This document shows positions 13,086-26,164 of a DNA stretch of 64,000 bases, piece by piece; within the stretch, counting starts at the first letter, position 1, and every line of letters begins with the position of its first letter. The position numbers were made by a program, and so were the translations under genes. The DNA comes from Octopus vulgaris (lineage: Eukaryota): positions 161,696,001 to 161,760,000 of the forward strand of contig OX597815.1 in NCBI GenBank assembly GCA_951406725.2. Direction: 5' to 3'. The notes under the pieces are model-generated. The model saw nothing but the letters and a program-made list of their open reading frames with translations, was not told where the DNA came from and made no database searches.

Positions 13086-13944
13086 CATGACGTAGTCATT
13101 GTAAATGATAATTAAAGATAGTTGAAGAATCTCAGTAGTACAGTTGAATAAGAAGAGTTTTATAACAGTTCTATCCTTTGACCATGATATCACTCTTGCA
13201 TTTTGATATAAGTATTTTGTGGGAGCAGAAGGTGGCATGATTGTTAGCCCGGCAGGCAAAATGCTTAACAGCATTTCGTCCATCTTCTCATTCTGAGTTC
13301 AAATTCCACTAAGGCCAACTTTGCCTTTCATCCTTTCAGGATCAATTAAATAAGCACCAAAAGAACCAGCTGGTAATGTACCAAAATTTAAAAGCAGTAT
13401 TTTGTGGGAGCAGAAAGTTAAATGTCTAAACATCTAAGATGTGTTGTTAATAAGATTATAATTTTTCAAGTTGTTCATATCATGAAAATGAACATCATCA
13501 TCATCATCATCATCACCATCCTTGTTTAATGTTCGTTTTCATTGCTAGCATGGGTTAGACAGTTCTATAGGAACTGATGAACCAGAAGACTACATCAATC
13601 CAGTGTCTGCTTTGGCATGATTCCTATCACTTGATGCTCTTCCTAATACCAGTCACTTTACAGAGAGTGCTGAGAGCTATTTATAATACTTACCACTATA
13701 CTACAATTCAATTGGTTTGATCTCTAATCAACATTTACTGTCTTATCCTGTGGTATGTTTATACTACAAAACTGGTTACAAGCCAGAAAACTTTATTTCT
13801 AAATCAAAAGCACCAGTGATCATGTGGATAAGAGTATTGTTACTCTTAACTTAGAAAGAAAAATATCTGGTTCAAATCCAACCTGATGTTATAAAAATAT
13901 GTGATGAAGATCAAAATGCTGATGTCTTTTGCATCAGATTTTTA

Positions 13945-14205
13945 ATGCCGGCAGTCTTCAACACCTTAATCAAGTGTGACAATTCTTTCATATATAAGGT
14001 AAAAGCAAAGTACTCTCTTGCTCCTTGTTTACACAACCCTGAATTGGAAGCATCCATATTAGTCTTGTGGAACTCATTTCATGGGGATGTTGGAAGAGGA
14101 AAATGTTGTCACATTTACATTGACAACTTGATTGCAGACACTGACTTGGAATATATTCAGGACCACAAGGCAGTGATGTTGGACCAAGAAGTGTGGCAGG
14201 GGTAA
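13945..14205 (+). pseudogene. RTE/RTE-X-like LINE ORF C-terminal fragment
   Basis: HNPELEASILVLWNSFHGDVGRG...YIDNLIADTD...MLDQEVW resembles the RTE-type C-terminus LVLW.P.HG...RGRP...YID.L..DT...M.DR..W. Confidence 0.6.
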
Positions 14206-14384
14206 GTCAATCACATCATTTCATTGACCTCAAAAGAATGAAAGGCAAAGTAAACCTCAGCGGAATTTGAACTTAGAATGTAAAGACAAATGAGATGCTC
14301 CTAAGCCTTTCACCCAGCATGCTAACGATTCTGCCAGCTCACCCCCTTAATAATAATAATATCAATAATAATAAATTGCATATG

Positions 14385-15110
14385 AAAAGGGAGCCTTTCA
14401 GCACTTCCACAGCAACCACCTCTGAGTCATAGCTGATGCTTACAAATATTGGCAACATGATTAGATGCTTGAGGTGGTTGTAGAGGTGATCACAACAGTC
14501 AGACATTACTACGAGAAGAAAGCAATCTCTTTTACTCAAAGCTGGGGAGAAGTTCATTCCAATGAAACATCAGTAAATGGAGTAACTTTCCACAGCCCAA
14601 GATTAACAACTGAAAGTGAGTCTTGTTATACAATTAAAGTTCCCAGAGTGCATCATAGCAAAGACACTCATCGAAGATAAAGTCATCTTTTAAGATTCCA
14701 CCAAACAGTTGATCATGTTGGAACTGACAAAGTGTCTTTGGAAAAACACATGGAGGTGGCTCATGAGCGAAAGCCTACAAAATACCAGGAACTGGTTTAA
14801 AGAGAAGAAAGCAATGTTGGCAGATACACAGTGGAGCCAACTGAGATTGGCTGCCAAGATTTTGTGGAGAGATCAATTTGCAAATTTCAGTCAAGATTTG
14901 GAATTAATGCTGCAGCAAAAAAGGTTGCAGTACGTTCTGTCACTGCAGGGAAGCTGCAGAGAAAGAGGGCAGACTTGTAGTTTTCTTCTGCTGAGATGCA
15001 AGGCAAGACTTGGTCAATTCCAGCTAAGTCAAAATGGGCAAAAGGTTCTGATGTTGAAAGATCATAAACTCCTTAAGATCACAGCATTATCACTACTAAT
15101 ACAGACCAAA
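14385..15110 (+). pseudogene. Hero-like REL non-LTR retrotransposon 3' fragment
   Basis: Frameshifted YWQHD, LKFPECII, STKQLIMLELT, MEVAHERKPTKYQEL and EPTEIGCQDF correspond to the WRHD..LKFP..ELTVPWEE..AHERK..KY..VEVGCRGF motifs. Confidence 0.75.
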
Positions 15111-15246
15111 GTGCCTCTGAGATGTATTAGAGGTACATGCGTACACACATACACATAAACACATATATGTTTATATATATGTGTGTGTGCACGTGTGTGT
15201 GTATGTACCTTACATATATAAATACACGCATGCATTGATACATATA

Positions 15247-15289
<43 letters not shown>

Positions 15290-15290
15290 T

Positions 15291-15789
15291 TAAATATAAT
15301 GAGACAACAAAGCCAAGTCTGTATGGAGTTTCCAGGACATTTACAAAGAGAAAGTTAGTCTTACAGCTGTTTCTGGGATATTAGGGATATTCCTTCATCA
15401 GAGACGATGTAAGATGGTTAAATAGAAAGAAATATTAGAATTCAATATAGGAGTTATTTTGGAAAAGGAAACAAATAAGGCGAATATAGGGAAATTGGAG
15501 AATGAATGTAAATAAAAATAAAATGTATAAAGATATTATAGTTGCAGTTCCTGTTACAGTTTATGCATTTTTATTTTTATTTCTACATTTATTTTCCTAT
15601 TTCCCTATATACACCTTATTTGCTTCCTTTTCCAAAATAACTCCTATATTGAACTCTAATATTTCCCTCTATTTATCCATCTCACTTCGTCTCTGAAATA
15701 TCCCTGAAACAGCTGTAAGACTAACTTTCTCTTTATAAATCTCCTGACAACTCCACACAGCCTTGGCTTTGTTGTCTCATTTTATTTAT
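15291..15789. repeat. Fold-back inverted repeat (~240-bp arms), Penelope pseudo-LTR-like
   Basis: 15291-15535 is the reverse complement of ~15556-15789; the left arm carries a hammerhead. Confidence 0.85.
15358..15405 (-). ncRNA. Minimal type I hammerhead ribozyme
   Basis: Minus strand: GTCT-CTGATGA-a-GGAATAT..ATATCCC-a-GAAA-CAGCTG-TA-AGAC; stem I GTCT/AGAC, palindromic stem III. Confidence 0.75.
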
Positions 15790-16211
15790 CATATACATGC
15801 ACATACAAGACCCGCATTAGACTCCTCACTTGTATCATTATCAAACCGAGAGTTTAACTATGGTCCTTCCATAGCACTTACATATCGTTACCTGCCCCAT
15901 TGGGTCTTCTAAATACCAATACCTCTCATATATATAGATGTATATATGTCTACTACTAATATAGGATGAAGTTTTTTTACAGAAAAAATTCCATCAAAAA
16001 ATGTGGCAGCATATTAAAATACCTTTAAGGTTAAAATTATAAACAACTTATGTGTTTTCTGTAGCAAGTAAATAATATGTGGAAATTGACGATTTAAAAG
16101 TCTGTTATCAGCATATTGGCATAGAAATAATTTTCTTTAGCCCTTATTTATAAGATGTATATATATATATATATGTATATGTGTATGTGTATATATATAT
16201 ATATATATGTG

Positions 16212-16282
<71 letters not shown>

Positions 16283-16527
16283 GTATATGAACACATAAGT
16301 ATATGTGTGAAGGAGTTTAGGTGTTGGGGGTTGTGTGCTTGTATTTAAAGCTTACACCTTAGTAAACTTGTTTTTAGCATAACAAGAAGCGTATAATAGT
16401 TATTCTCTCCAATATAGCTAGCAGGCCTGCACAGTTGACTTTAAATACAAGTGTTTATTAGACAACTGATAACCACCATGCTGTAGATAGGAAACCCCAG
16501 GCAAACTAAGTCCATAGCCCTTTTTTT

Positions 16528-17308
16528 AAACTTGTTTTAGACATTAGACTGCGGCCATACTGGGGCACTGACTTCATCCCTTTTCCCGAATCCCTAAGTT
16601 ACAAGAGCATAAACACACCAACGCCAGTTGTCAAGTGGTGGTAGGAGACAAACAGACACAAATATATACACAATCACAAACTCACAGATATATGATGGGA
16701 TTCTTTCAGTCTTCATGTACCAAATCCATTCACAGAGCTTTGGTCAGTCCAAGGCAAGAGCAGAAGACACTTGCCCAACGTGCTATACAGTGGGACAGAA
16801 CCCCTGGTTAAGAAGCAAACTTCTTACTGCAGAGCCATGCCTGTCCCTAGGTTTGATTTCAATTCAAGTCATAGCTATTTCACTTACTCTGGTGGAGCAA
16901 ATAAACTGTTGATAAATGTGTGCATGTATAGGTACAGGAGTGGTTGCGTGGTAAGTAGCTTGCTTCCCAACCACGTGGTTCTGGGTTCAGTCCCACTGTG
17001 TGGCATCTTGGGCAAGTGTCTTCTACTACAGCCTCAGGCCAACCAAAGCCTTGTGATGGAAACTGAAAGATGGAAACTGAAAGAAGCTCATCGTATATGT
17101 GTCTGTATATGTATTTGTGTGTCTGTGTTTGTCCTCCCACCATTGCTTGACAACCGATGTTGGTGTGTTTACGTCCCCATAATTTAGCGGTTCAGCAAAA
17201 GAGACCTATAGAATAAGTACTAGGCTTCCAAAGAATAAGTCCTCAGGTTACTCTGTTCAACTAAAGGTGGTGCTCCAGCATGGCCACAGTCAAATGACTG
17301 AAACAAAC
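16528..17308. mobile_element. Head-to-head pair of SINE A copies (16528-16850 minus, 16931-17308 plus)
   Basis: Both match family A; opposite orientation with an ~80-bp gap. Confidence 0.85.
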
Positions 17309-17611
17309 CTAAGATTGTGTGTGTACACACACATACACTCTCTCCCACACACACATACACACTTTCTCTGTCTCAAACACACACACACACACACAGAAAG
17401 AGAGAAAGAGAAACATATAAGAATTCATAAGTTAAAAAAATATGGACTCATATATTTGTCAGTAGAATGGGTATATTAATCCAAGTATACAGTATTAGAG
17501 ACCCATTTCAGCCACTCTTACAAATCAGTTTCTCACTAGGTATTACATAACAAGATATTAGACAAAAAGGCAGCTAACTATGTAGCCACCATATTTTTTT
17601 CCATACTCACC

Positions 17612-17683
17612 ATCTCTGAAGAGTATGGGGTATTAGCTAACCAGCTTGTTACTAATATCCAGTGCGAAACCAATTGGTAAGAT
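17612..17683 (+). ncRNA. Minimal type I hammerhead ribozyme
   Basis: ATCT-CTGAAGA-GTATGGGGTATTAG..CTAATATCCAGTGC-GAAA-CCAATTGG-TA-AGAT; intact core, long stem II, palindromic stem III. Confidence 0.8.
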
Positions 17684-18528
17684 CAGCTGAAATGGATCTA
17701 TAATATTGTATACTTTCATTAATACACACACACACATACATATATATAACCACAAAAGACCAAGTATTTGACCCTATTGTAACTCTGCAATCAATAGCTC
17801 TGGAATCTGAGAGAAAATTTGTACTGTTATTCTATTCAATTAGATTTACTGAATATATTTGTGAAAATTATTACTGAATTGCTGATCATCTGTGAGATAT
17901 GAATTTAAGCTGCAGTAATATATTCCCCAACATCTGAGAAGCTACCCCTCTCCAACTAAATTCAGTAGCATCTTCAAAGAACAGAAAATGCTAATTACTT
18001 ATTATTCAATAGTTTTATTATAATAAAATAATAATAATAATAATAATTTGCTGAACCTGTGAAACATTCATGGAAAACATAAAATATGTAAGCATCTGTA
18101 AACAGTGTTCTGGTGCCATGAGAAATGTTTGCATATTATGACTGTCTTTACATTCTGAGTTCAAATTCTGGCAAAGGTCAACTTTACCTTTCATCCTTTT
18201 GGGGTTGATAAATTAAGTACCAGTTGTGTACTGGAGTCGATCTAATCAACTGCCTCCCCCCCCCAAAAAAAAAATTTCTGACCTAGAAAAGTATATTGTG
18301 ATTGTTACAAAATATAGAAAGTAATGTAGCACCAATGACTGTATAATCCAACTAAAATATCTCAGTTACACAAATGTAAATGGAATTACTAGTTAACCTT
18401 AAAATATATTGTACATATTCAAAGAACCTTCTTGGTTTAGTGATACGGAACATTTTTCTGGTATTCTTTTATTCTTTTACTTGTTTCAGTGTTTTGCCCA
18501 GCATGCTAACAATTCTGCCAGTTTGCTG

Positions 18529-18664
<136 letters not shown>

Positions 18665-18885
18665 TCTTTCTACAAGGCCTGGAAATTTTTGTGGAGAGGG
18701 TGCTAGTTGATTATAACAAACCCAGTGCTTAACTGGTACTTCTTTCATCAATCCTGGAAGGATGGAATGTAAAGTTAACCTCAGCAGAATTTGAACTCAG
18801 AGCATAAAAACAGATAGAATGCCATTAAACAATTTCCCAGGCATGCACACAGTTCTGCTAGTTCACTACATTAATAATAACAATA

Positions 18886-19604
18886 AGAGCACTCAGAGAG
18901 TGCAAACCTCCACCAAGGCAACACCAACTTCTTGTCAATGATTAGACAGAGATCCTTTTTAAAATGAGAATATCTGAAATAAACTCAACTGCTCTCACAA
19001 ACGAGAATACTAAAAATGAATCCGACTGCTCTCAAAAATTAAATTTAAAAATTGTAAAAATAATCTAGAAGCCTTGTCCAGTACCTGATCAATCCCAATG
19101 GTAGTCATGGAATGTGAAGGTGGCTGTAGAAAATTTAGTAACAGTTCATCTTTATCTAATACAAGCCAAAGTTAACAAACTCACCATTCAAAATAGTTAC
19201 AGCCTAAAGGGAGATAATTGAGAAAAACTTGAAAGTTAACATAGGATCATAATCATGTAAAGTAAACATAACAAATAATCCAGAATCTTTGTCCAGTACC
19301 AGATCGATCCCAAAACCTAATCAGTTTGTGCCAGTCATGAGGCCAAACATCCTTGAATGTTTCATCCAAATCCATTGAGCGGTTCTTGAGATATCTTGTC
19401 CACGGACAAACATACAAACAAACAAATTTGACTGAAAACAATACCTCTGCCTTCGATAAGGTGGAAATAATAATAACTAGAAAAACATTCGGAGAGCGCA
19501 GACCTCCACCAAGCAGTTCATTTCAACCCATATACACGCATGCTGAAAATCGCCCAATTTCCCAAACCAACGTCGGCAAAAACATAACCTCCTTGGCGGA
19601 AGTA
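18886..19604 (+). mobile_element. Helentron/DINE-like non-autonomous elements (long copy 18886-19470, short copy 19477-19604)
   Basis: 5' GAGAG(T/C)GCA(A/G)ACCTCCACCAAG and 3' AAAACATAACCTCCTTGGCGGAAGTAA hairpin/subterminal inverted repeat; third copy at ~20660-21046. Confidence 0.55.
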
Positions 19605-20189
19605 AAAAAAAAAAATAACATGGCCATATGATTTTTAAAGAAAACCCTTTAAAAACAGGAGTCATCTGAAGTACCACACAATATAACCACTACAATACCA
19701 CCATCACACAACTAACACTATCATCAACACCACTATTACCACAATCACCTCAGCATCACACATCACACTGCTCCTGTCGCCATTATAACCACCGATACTA
19801 TTTTATCCTCCTCCCATACTTATCTCAACCATCATCATCATCAATACTGTCTCTGCTTTCATCACAGTCCCCATCAAAACTATGATCACTACAATCAGTT
19901 TCTTTACACAGTTGAAAATCCATTATCTGATACTCATGAGACTGAGATTGTTGCAGATTTTTGATTTTTCTAATTTTGGAGTGCTTTATAAAAAAAAAAA
20001 ATTGCATCTACAAAACAGAACAGTTTGAGGTCTAAACACAATAGCTTATAGACAAACTCTGAATGTAGTTCTATATAAATCTTTAATAATTTTTTTATAC
20101 TTAAGACCATCAGAAATGTTAAGATATCAGCCTCCACCCATGTTGTTATGCTTTGATTAAAAGGTTACAGCATAGATTAGATCACTTAG

Positions 20190-20660
20190 ATAAGTTTCGA
20201 CCAAAGTTGACTCAGGCCATGTCTAATTTAATAGCATCACCTGGAAGAGATACACAGTCAGCTCTGGGGAACCGTAGCCCATTCAAGCAGAGGGTTATTG
20301 TTTTCAGAGACATGTCTGGGTGTGGGTGGTTTTTGTTGGTATTTGTTGGGAGTAATCATCTGGGGATTGTTTCAATGATGTGAAGTCACTTTCCTCTTTT
20401 ATGTGTGTCTGGCACAACATTAAAGAGAGCAGGGCAATTGAAGGGAAATAGTTCTGTCATAGGGTTGTGATATGACATGAACATTTCTGTAGTGGATGGA
20501 TGGCACGGGGGCCAAGCCTCGGGTGAATTTTAAAGATGAGCAATGCTGATGGAATATTTTCCACATCATACAGATGATATAGAGCTCACAGCAGCAGTGG
20601 AGGGAGCAAAGCCTGAGTTTTCTGAGTCGATTCCAATAGTCAAAGCTTGTCATGTCATCC
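20190..20660 (-). pseudogene. CR1/L2-group LINE 3' fragment
   Basis: FDYWNRLRKLRLCSLHCCCELYIICMMWKIF resembles DYWERLKKL.LYSLQRRRERY.II..WKI. Confidence 0.7.
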
Positions 20661-21061
20661 TCCGCAGACCTCCAACAAGCAGTTCATTTTAAGATAGCTA
20701 CATGAGTAAAATTACTAATAGAGGAACGAAAATAAACTTTGGAAACAGCAACGCCACCATAGGTTACGTGGAAACGATGAACGTGTTTTCAAGGGAGATA
20801 ATCAAAGAACGTAAGATTGTAATACTTCATGTAAAGTAGATATAACAAATGAAAAATCCTTCAAGAATCCATAAAAATTCCTTGATCCCTACCAAAATTT
20901 CATCATCTGTTTCTTCTGTCATTACCAACTTTTTCTGCGAGTTTCATCAAATACCGTTCACAACTTTTTGAATTATTTTGCTCACAGACAGACAGATGCA
21001 CAAGCCAACGCCGATGAAAACATAACCTCCTTCCTTGGCAGAAGTAATAATGATAATAGTA

Positions 21062-21605
21062 ATAAATACTCTGATGCAGTATCAGGCAGTGACTCTCATG
21101 GCTTTTCATCTTAACTGATTGAAAGTGTTATCATGTACATTGTTTTGTCTTTGCATAAAATATTCTGCTCAATACCACAGATTTGCTTGTCATTTGTTTG
21201 ACCTTACCCAGTGGAGTGTGTCCCTTAGTTGCTGTCATTATGTGCATCTCTGATCATGAGCAGAAGTACTGGGGGAGCATCATAGCCATGTGTTGAGAGG
21301 AATTCTTTGGGGTTTGGGTAATTCGCCTTTGGAAACATGGGTGTTTCGTTCAACATCCTTAAAGAATCTTTATTCAGAGACCTTTTGAGCAGGATGGGCT
21401 ACTTGGCCTGAAAAAAATTCTAACTGGGGCCCACCTGCAAGGTCATGCGCTATTAATCTGATATGAAATCACCATGTAATGCATATATGGTTGTGATGCA
21501 TGTGCCCTGTGTACCCTTATCAGATGTGTAGTCATGATGGGCATATTGGGCTTTGTATATTTTACCCCAATGTCACTTTGATGGCATGCACTGCTCTCTC
21601 ACTCA
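21062..21605. mobile_element. Unclassified interspersed repeat between TAA-rich and GAA repeats
   Basis: GC-richer block; the part AATATTCTGCTCAATACCACAGATTTGCTTGTC recurs at ~27775-27825. Confidence 0.5.
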
Positions 21606-21610
21606 AAGTA

Positions 21611-21754
21611 GAAGAAGAAGAAGAAGAAGAAGAAGAAGAAGAAGAAGAAGAAGAAGAAGAAGAAGAAGAAGAAGAAGAAGAAGGAGAAGAAGAAGAAGAA
21701 GAAGAAGAAGAAGAAGAAGAAGAAGAAGAAGAAGAAGAAGAAGAAGAAGAAGAA
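21611..21754. repeat. (GAA)n microsatellite
   Basis: Near-perfect run. Confidence 0.98.
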
Positions 21755-22166
21755 TGATTTCAAATCTTGACACAAGGCCAGTAATTTCAGTAGAAGGAGT
21801 AAGTCAAATACATCAGCAGCCATGTTGATGATGATGATGAGGACAATACAATGAGGAGGTGAAGGATGAGGAGGACAATACAAAACAGACATAAAGTGTT
21901 GGGGTTTACATAAAATGAAATGTTAAGATAAATAAATAAAATTTTTTTAAAATAGGCACAAGGCTTGAAAATTTGGGGGCAGGTGCTAATCATTTACATG
22001 GACCCCCACAAGGGCTTGATTGGTACTTGTGTCATCAACCTTGAAAGGACGCAAAGCAAAGTCTATCTCAATGGAATCTGAACTGAGCGTGAAGATGAAA
22101 TGCTGCTAAACATTTTACCAGACCCTTTAACAACTCTACTGCTCTGATGACTTAATAACAATAATA

Positions 22167-22301
22167 TGATGATGAGGAGGATGGTGGTGGTGGTGGTGGT
22201 GGTTGTATTTGGTGGCAGTGGTGGTGACGATGATGATGATGATGGTGGTGGTGGTGGTGGTGGTGGTGGTGGTGGTGGTGGTGGTGATGATGATGATGAT
22301 T

Positions 22302-22337
<36 letters not shown>

Positions 22338-22415
22338 GTGATGATGATGGTGATGGTGATGGTGGTGGTGGTGGTGATGATGATGATGATGATGGTGATG
22401 GTGATGGTGGTGGTG

Positions 22416-22467
<52 letters not shown>

Positions 22468-22557
22468 GGGTGATGATGATGATGATGAGGGTGATGAATG
22501 AGGATGATGATGATAATGAGGATGAGGGTGGCAATGATGGTGATGCTGATGATGATA
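22167..22557. repeat. Compound (GAT/GGT)n microsatellite
   Basis: Directly visible. Confidence 0.97.
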
Positions 22558-23139
22558 GCTAAAGAAAATAACTGTTTGGCTTTAGCATGTATCATGCATT
22601 GCTTCACATTGTAACGTAACAATATAATACAATATAATATAAGCACTAATATAGGATACGGTAATGTGGCATTATAGAGGCAGGCATTAAGTACGTTCTA
22701 GGTACAGCTGTACTAACTTCTGTTGTGTTATGTGCTTGTAATTTACTTAGGAATTTCACCAACGAGATTTACTAAAAGCATAAATATCATAGCATCTCAT
22801 TTCTCTCTCAATTTATAAACCTATGGCTTTGTGTCTATGTAAAAACAAAGATCAATAATATAATTACAGAAATTTATTTATTTTTCATTTATTTCACTAT
22901 TTCACAATTGGTAAAGAATAGCTTTGTTAGTTGCAGGTTTCAAATAGATCACGGATTCGCTGCATTTATTTCTTACAATGAGAGTTTACAAAAGAATGTC
23001 TGCAGAACAAATATATCAATGGAGCTCATTGCTGAAGAAACACTGTTGTTGTGGTTGTTGTTGCTGTTGTTCTTTCTTTTTTCTTTTTAAGATTTTCGAA
23101 CCAATCTTTATATCTTTCACTGATATACATTGGCAATAG

Positions 23140-23327
23140 ATACACATGCATACACACACAGGTGCATGCATGCACACACACACACATATGCATGCATATG
23201 TGTAAGCAGATTCATATGCAGATATGTGTGTGAATACATATTATATGTATATATGTATATATGTGTATGCACATATACATATACATATATGTATATATCT
23301 ATATCTATCTATCTATCTTTCTATCTG

Positions 23328-23411
<84 letters not shown>

Positions 23412-23415
23412 TCTA

Positions 23416-23468
<53 letters not shown>

Positions 23469-23659
23469 ATATAAATATAGACGTAGATATATGTCTTGTA
23501 TATGCATGTACATGTATATAGACATGTGTGCTTGTGTATGTTTATATATGTATTGTATGTATATATGTTTATATATATGCATATATGCATATGTATACAT
23601 TGTATGTACACACATATATATATGTGCACACGTGTGTATGTATATGCACATATACATAA

Positions 23660-23691
<32 letters not shown>

Positions 23692-23692
23692 A
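23140..23692. repeat. Compound (CA)/(TA)/(CTAT)/(TG) microsatellite
   Basis: Directly visible. Confidence 0.95.
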
Positions 23693-24036
23693 TTACATAA
23701 ACAGGCTTCTGCAATGTTCCATCTACCACATTCCATTCACAGAGTACTGGCTGACTTATGGCTGTGTAGTTCCAAACCAAATTTCTTAACTACACAGTAT
23801 TATCTTTGAGTAAGATTAACGTATTCTCCTTGTGTGTTCTTTCATCTTCCACATGATTGAAATATGTGCCACTAGGCAGAATTCATATTAAATCTGGTAT
23901 ATGAAACGTTAACAACTTTGTCCATATCAAGACATGTGAGGGAGGACGCTTCTATGAAGTCACTTAGCCTGCTAGAAATAGGTGATGAATCCCTCTCAAT
24001 CTATTTCATACCATATAGAAAAAGAGGATAAATATA

Positions 24037-24267
24037 TTTATTTCTTTATTGCTCACAAGAGGCTAAACATATGGGAGACAAACAAGGACAGACAAAGGGA
24101 TTAAGTCGATTACATCTACCCCAATGCGTAACTGGTACTTATTTAATCGACCCCAAAAGGATGAAAGGCAAAGTCGACTTTGGCGGAATTTGAACTCAGA
24201 ATGTAAGGGCAGACGAAATATCGCTAAGCATTTTGCTCAGCGTGCCAACGTTTCTGCCAACACACCA
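24037..24267 (-). mobile_element. SINE family B
   Basis: Match to the 53588-53820 copy, including the GTAAAGAAATA-type tail. Confidence 0.85.
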
Positions 24268-24321
24268 TCTTTTTTTTTTCTTTTTAAGAAGCGGACAAAT
24301 ATATTGTTTAAGACTATTCTA

Positions 24322-24830
24322 TATGAGGTGGTATCAAAAGGTTCCCAGTCTAGTTATGTTTGATAAAAAATAAATTATTTACCTAAGTTTTAACAGCATC
24401 TCCTTCAAAATAGTCACCTTGTGAAGCAATACACCAGTCCCAGCATCCCTGTCACTTTTGGAATTCAACCTAGAAGTCGTTTCCTGTGACTCAAGGACCT
24501 TTGTGATTTGCTCTGGATCTTGACAGCAGTGTTAAAATGGTGACCTTTGAGTTGCATTTTCATTTTGAGGGAGAGATGGAAGTCCACGGGTGCTAAATCT
24601 GGGGAATAGGACAGATACAGATGTGATACCATATTGTTTTTGGTGAGAAATTCATGAGTAAAGCAAGCTTGGGGATAAGGTGCATTGTTATCATGAAGAA
24701 ACCAATTCTTCATGCTCCACAGATCCAGTCACTTTTACCAAATGTCCTCCCTCAAGCACTTCAAAATATCACAATAGGACTCTCAATTGATGGTCTAGCT
24801 TTGGGTGATGAACTCTCAATACACAATACC
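24322..24830 (-). pseudogene. mariner transposase 3' fragment with one TIR
   Basis: WFLHDNNAP...YSPDLAPVDFHL..KMKMQLKGHHF is the mariner D,D34D region; TA-TGAGGTGGTATCAAAAGGTTCC terminus at 24322. Confidence 0.85.
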
Positions 24831-25260
24831 ACATTTCCCAGGGTGACACTCATGTTTGCTTTATATTATCTTCTTCCAAAATTTACCTCTGCCATCAACC
24901 AGTCTATATTTTCTTATACACACTGTCTTGCACATTAAGCTCAAGGCTAATGCCTTCCAAAAAGGCATAATAATTTATTTCCTATAATTTATAATTTTGT
25001 TTGGAGAATGATTTGAAAATAGCTTTAATGAATTTGTTTTACTTCAGTTATGCATGTTATGGAACACTGTAGGTCGTGTAGTAATTGCTTTAACTAAGTA
25101 TATCCACCATAAGAATCTTTTTTTAAAAATACTAAAGTATTTTATGCTTGAGTAAGTGTTTACTTTAAAACCTGAATTAACTTGGAAAAGAGAAAAGTGA
25201 ACTAAGAACCTATTACAAAGATATTAGATTGTATCAAAAATAACAAATGTTTAATGATAT

Positions 25261-25665
25261 ACTCTTTACTCTTTTACTTGTTTTAGTCATTTGACTGCAG
25301 CCATGCTGGAGCACCGCCTTTAGTTGATCAAATCGACCCCAAAACTTATTCTTTGTAAGCCTAGTACTTGTTCTATCGGTCTCTTTTGCTGAACCACTAA
25401 GTTACAGTGGCGTAAACACACCAGCATTGGTTGTCAAGTGATGTTGGGGTGACAAACACAGACACACAAACGTATACACACATATGTATATATACATATA
25501 TACGACAAGCTCCTTTCAATTTCCGTCTACCAAATCCACTCACAAGGCTTTGGTCGGTCTGAGGCTATAGTAGAAGACACTTGCCCAAGGTGCCACGCAG
25601 TAGGACTGAACCCGGAACCATGTGGTTGGTAAGCAAGCTACTTACCACACAGCCACTCTTGCACC
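25261..25665 (-). mobile_element. SINE family A
   Basis: Full-length match. Confidence 0.9.
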
Positions 25666-25713
25666 TATATGCACATGCACACATATACATACATATGTAC
25701 TTATGTATACATT

Positions 25714-25769
<56 letters not shown>

Positions 25770-25770
<1 letters not shown>

Positions 25771-26040
25771 ATAATAAAAGGGTAAAATTAGTTAATTATT
25801 AATTAATTTTACCAAGCAGTCTTCAGTATGTAAAAAGACCATTTACGGTATATTTAAAGCATTACGTTATATAATTAGGGTTCATTAAAATAATTTACTT
25901 TACCACACACTGAACTTTTAGAAATAGCAGCCAAAAAATCTTAGCTATTTATTCTACTATAAGAAAAGTCTCCCAGACAATGTATATCAAAAATAATTCA
26001 CGTGAATTATTTTACTGAACCCTAATTATATAACGTAATG

Positions 26041-26045
<5 letters not shown>
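25770..26045. mobile_element. PLE-like terminal fragment with an inverted segment, inside (TA)n
   Basis: Hairpin 25781-25813; 25860-25895 is inverted at 26005-26040; (TA)n on both sides. Confidence 0.55.
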
Positions 26046-26083
<38 letters not shown>

Positions 26084-26164
26084 CACACACATAGATATAA
26101 TGACTCTATCAACTACATTGTTCTACCACCACATATGTGTATATATATAAATACATACTTTGGA

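Noticed and set aside
21360-21605. HDV-like ribozyme at the end of the unclassified repeat
   Set aside because: The P1/P2/P3/P1.1 nested pseudoknot could not be fitted by eye.
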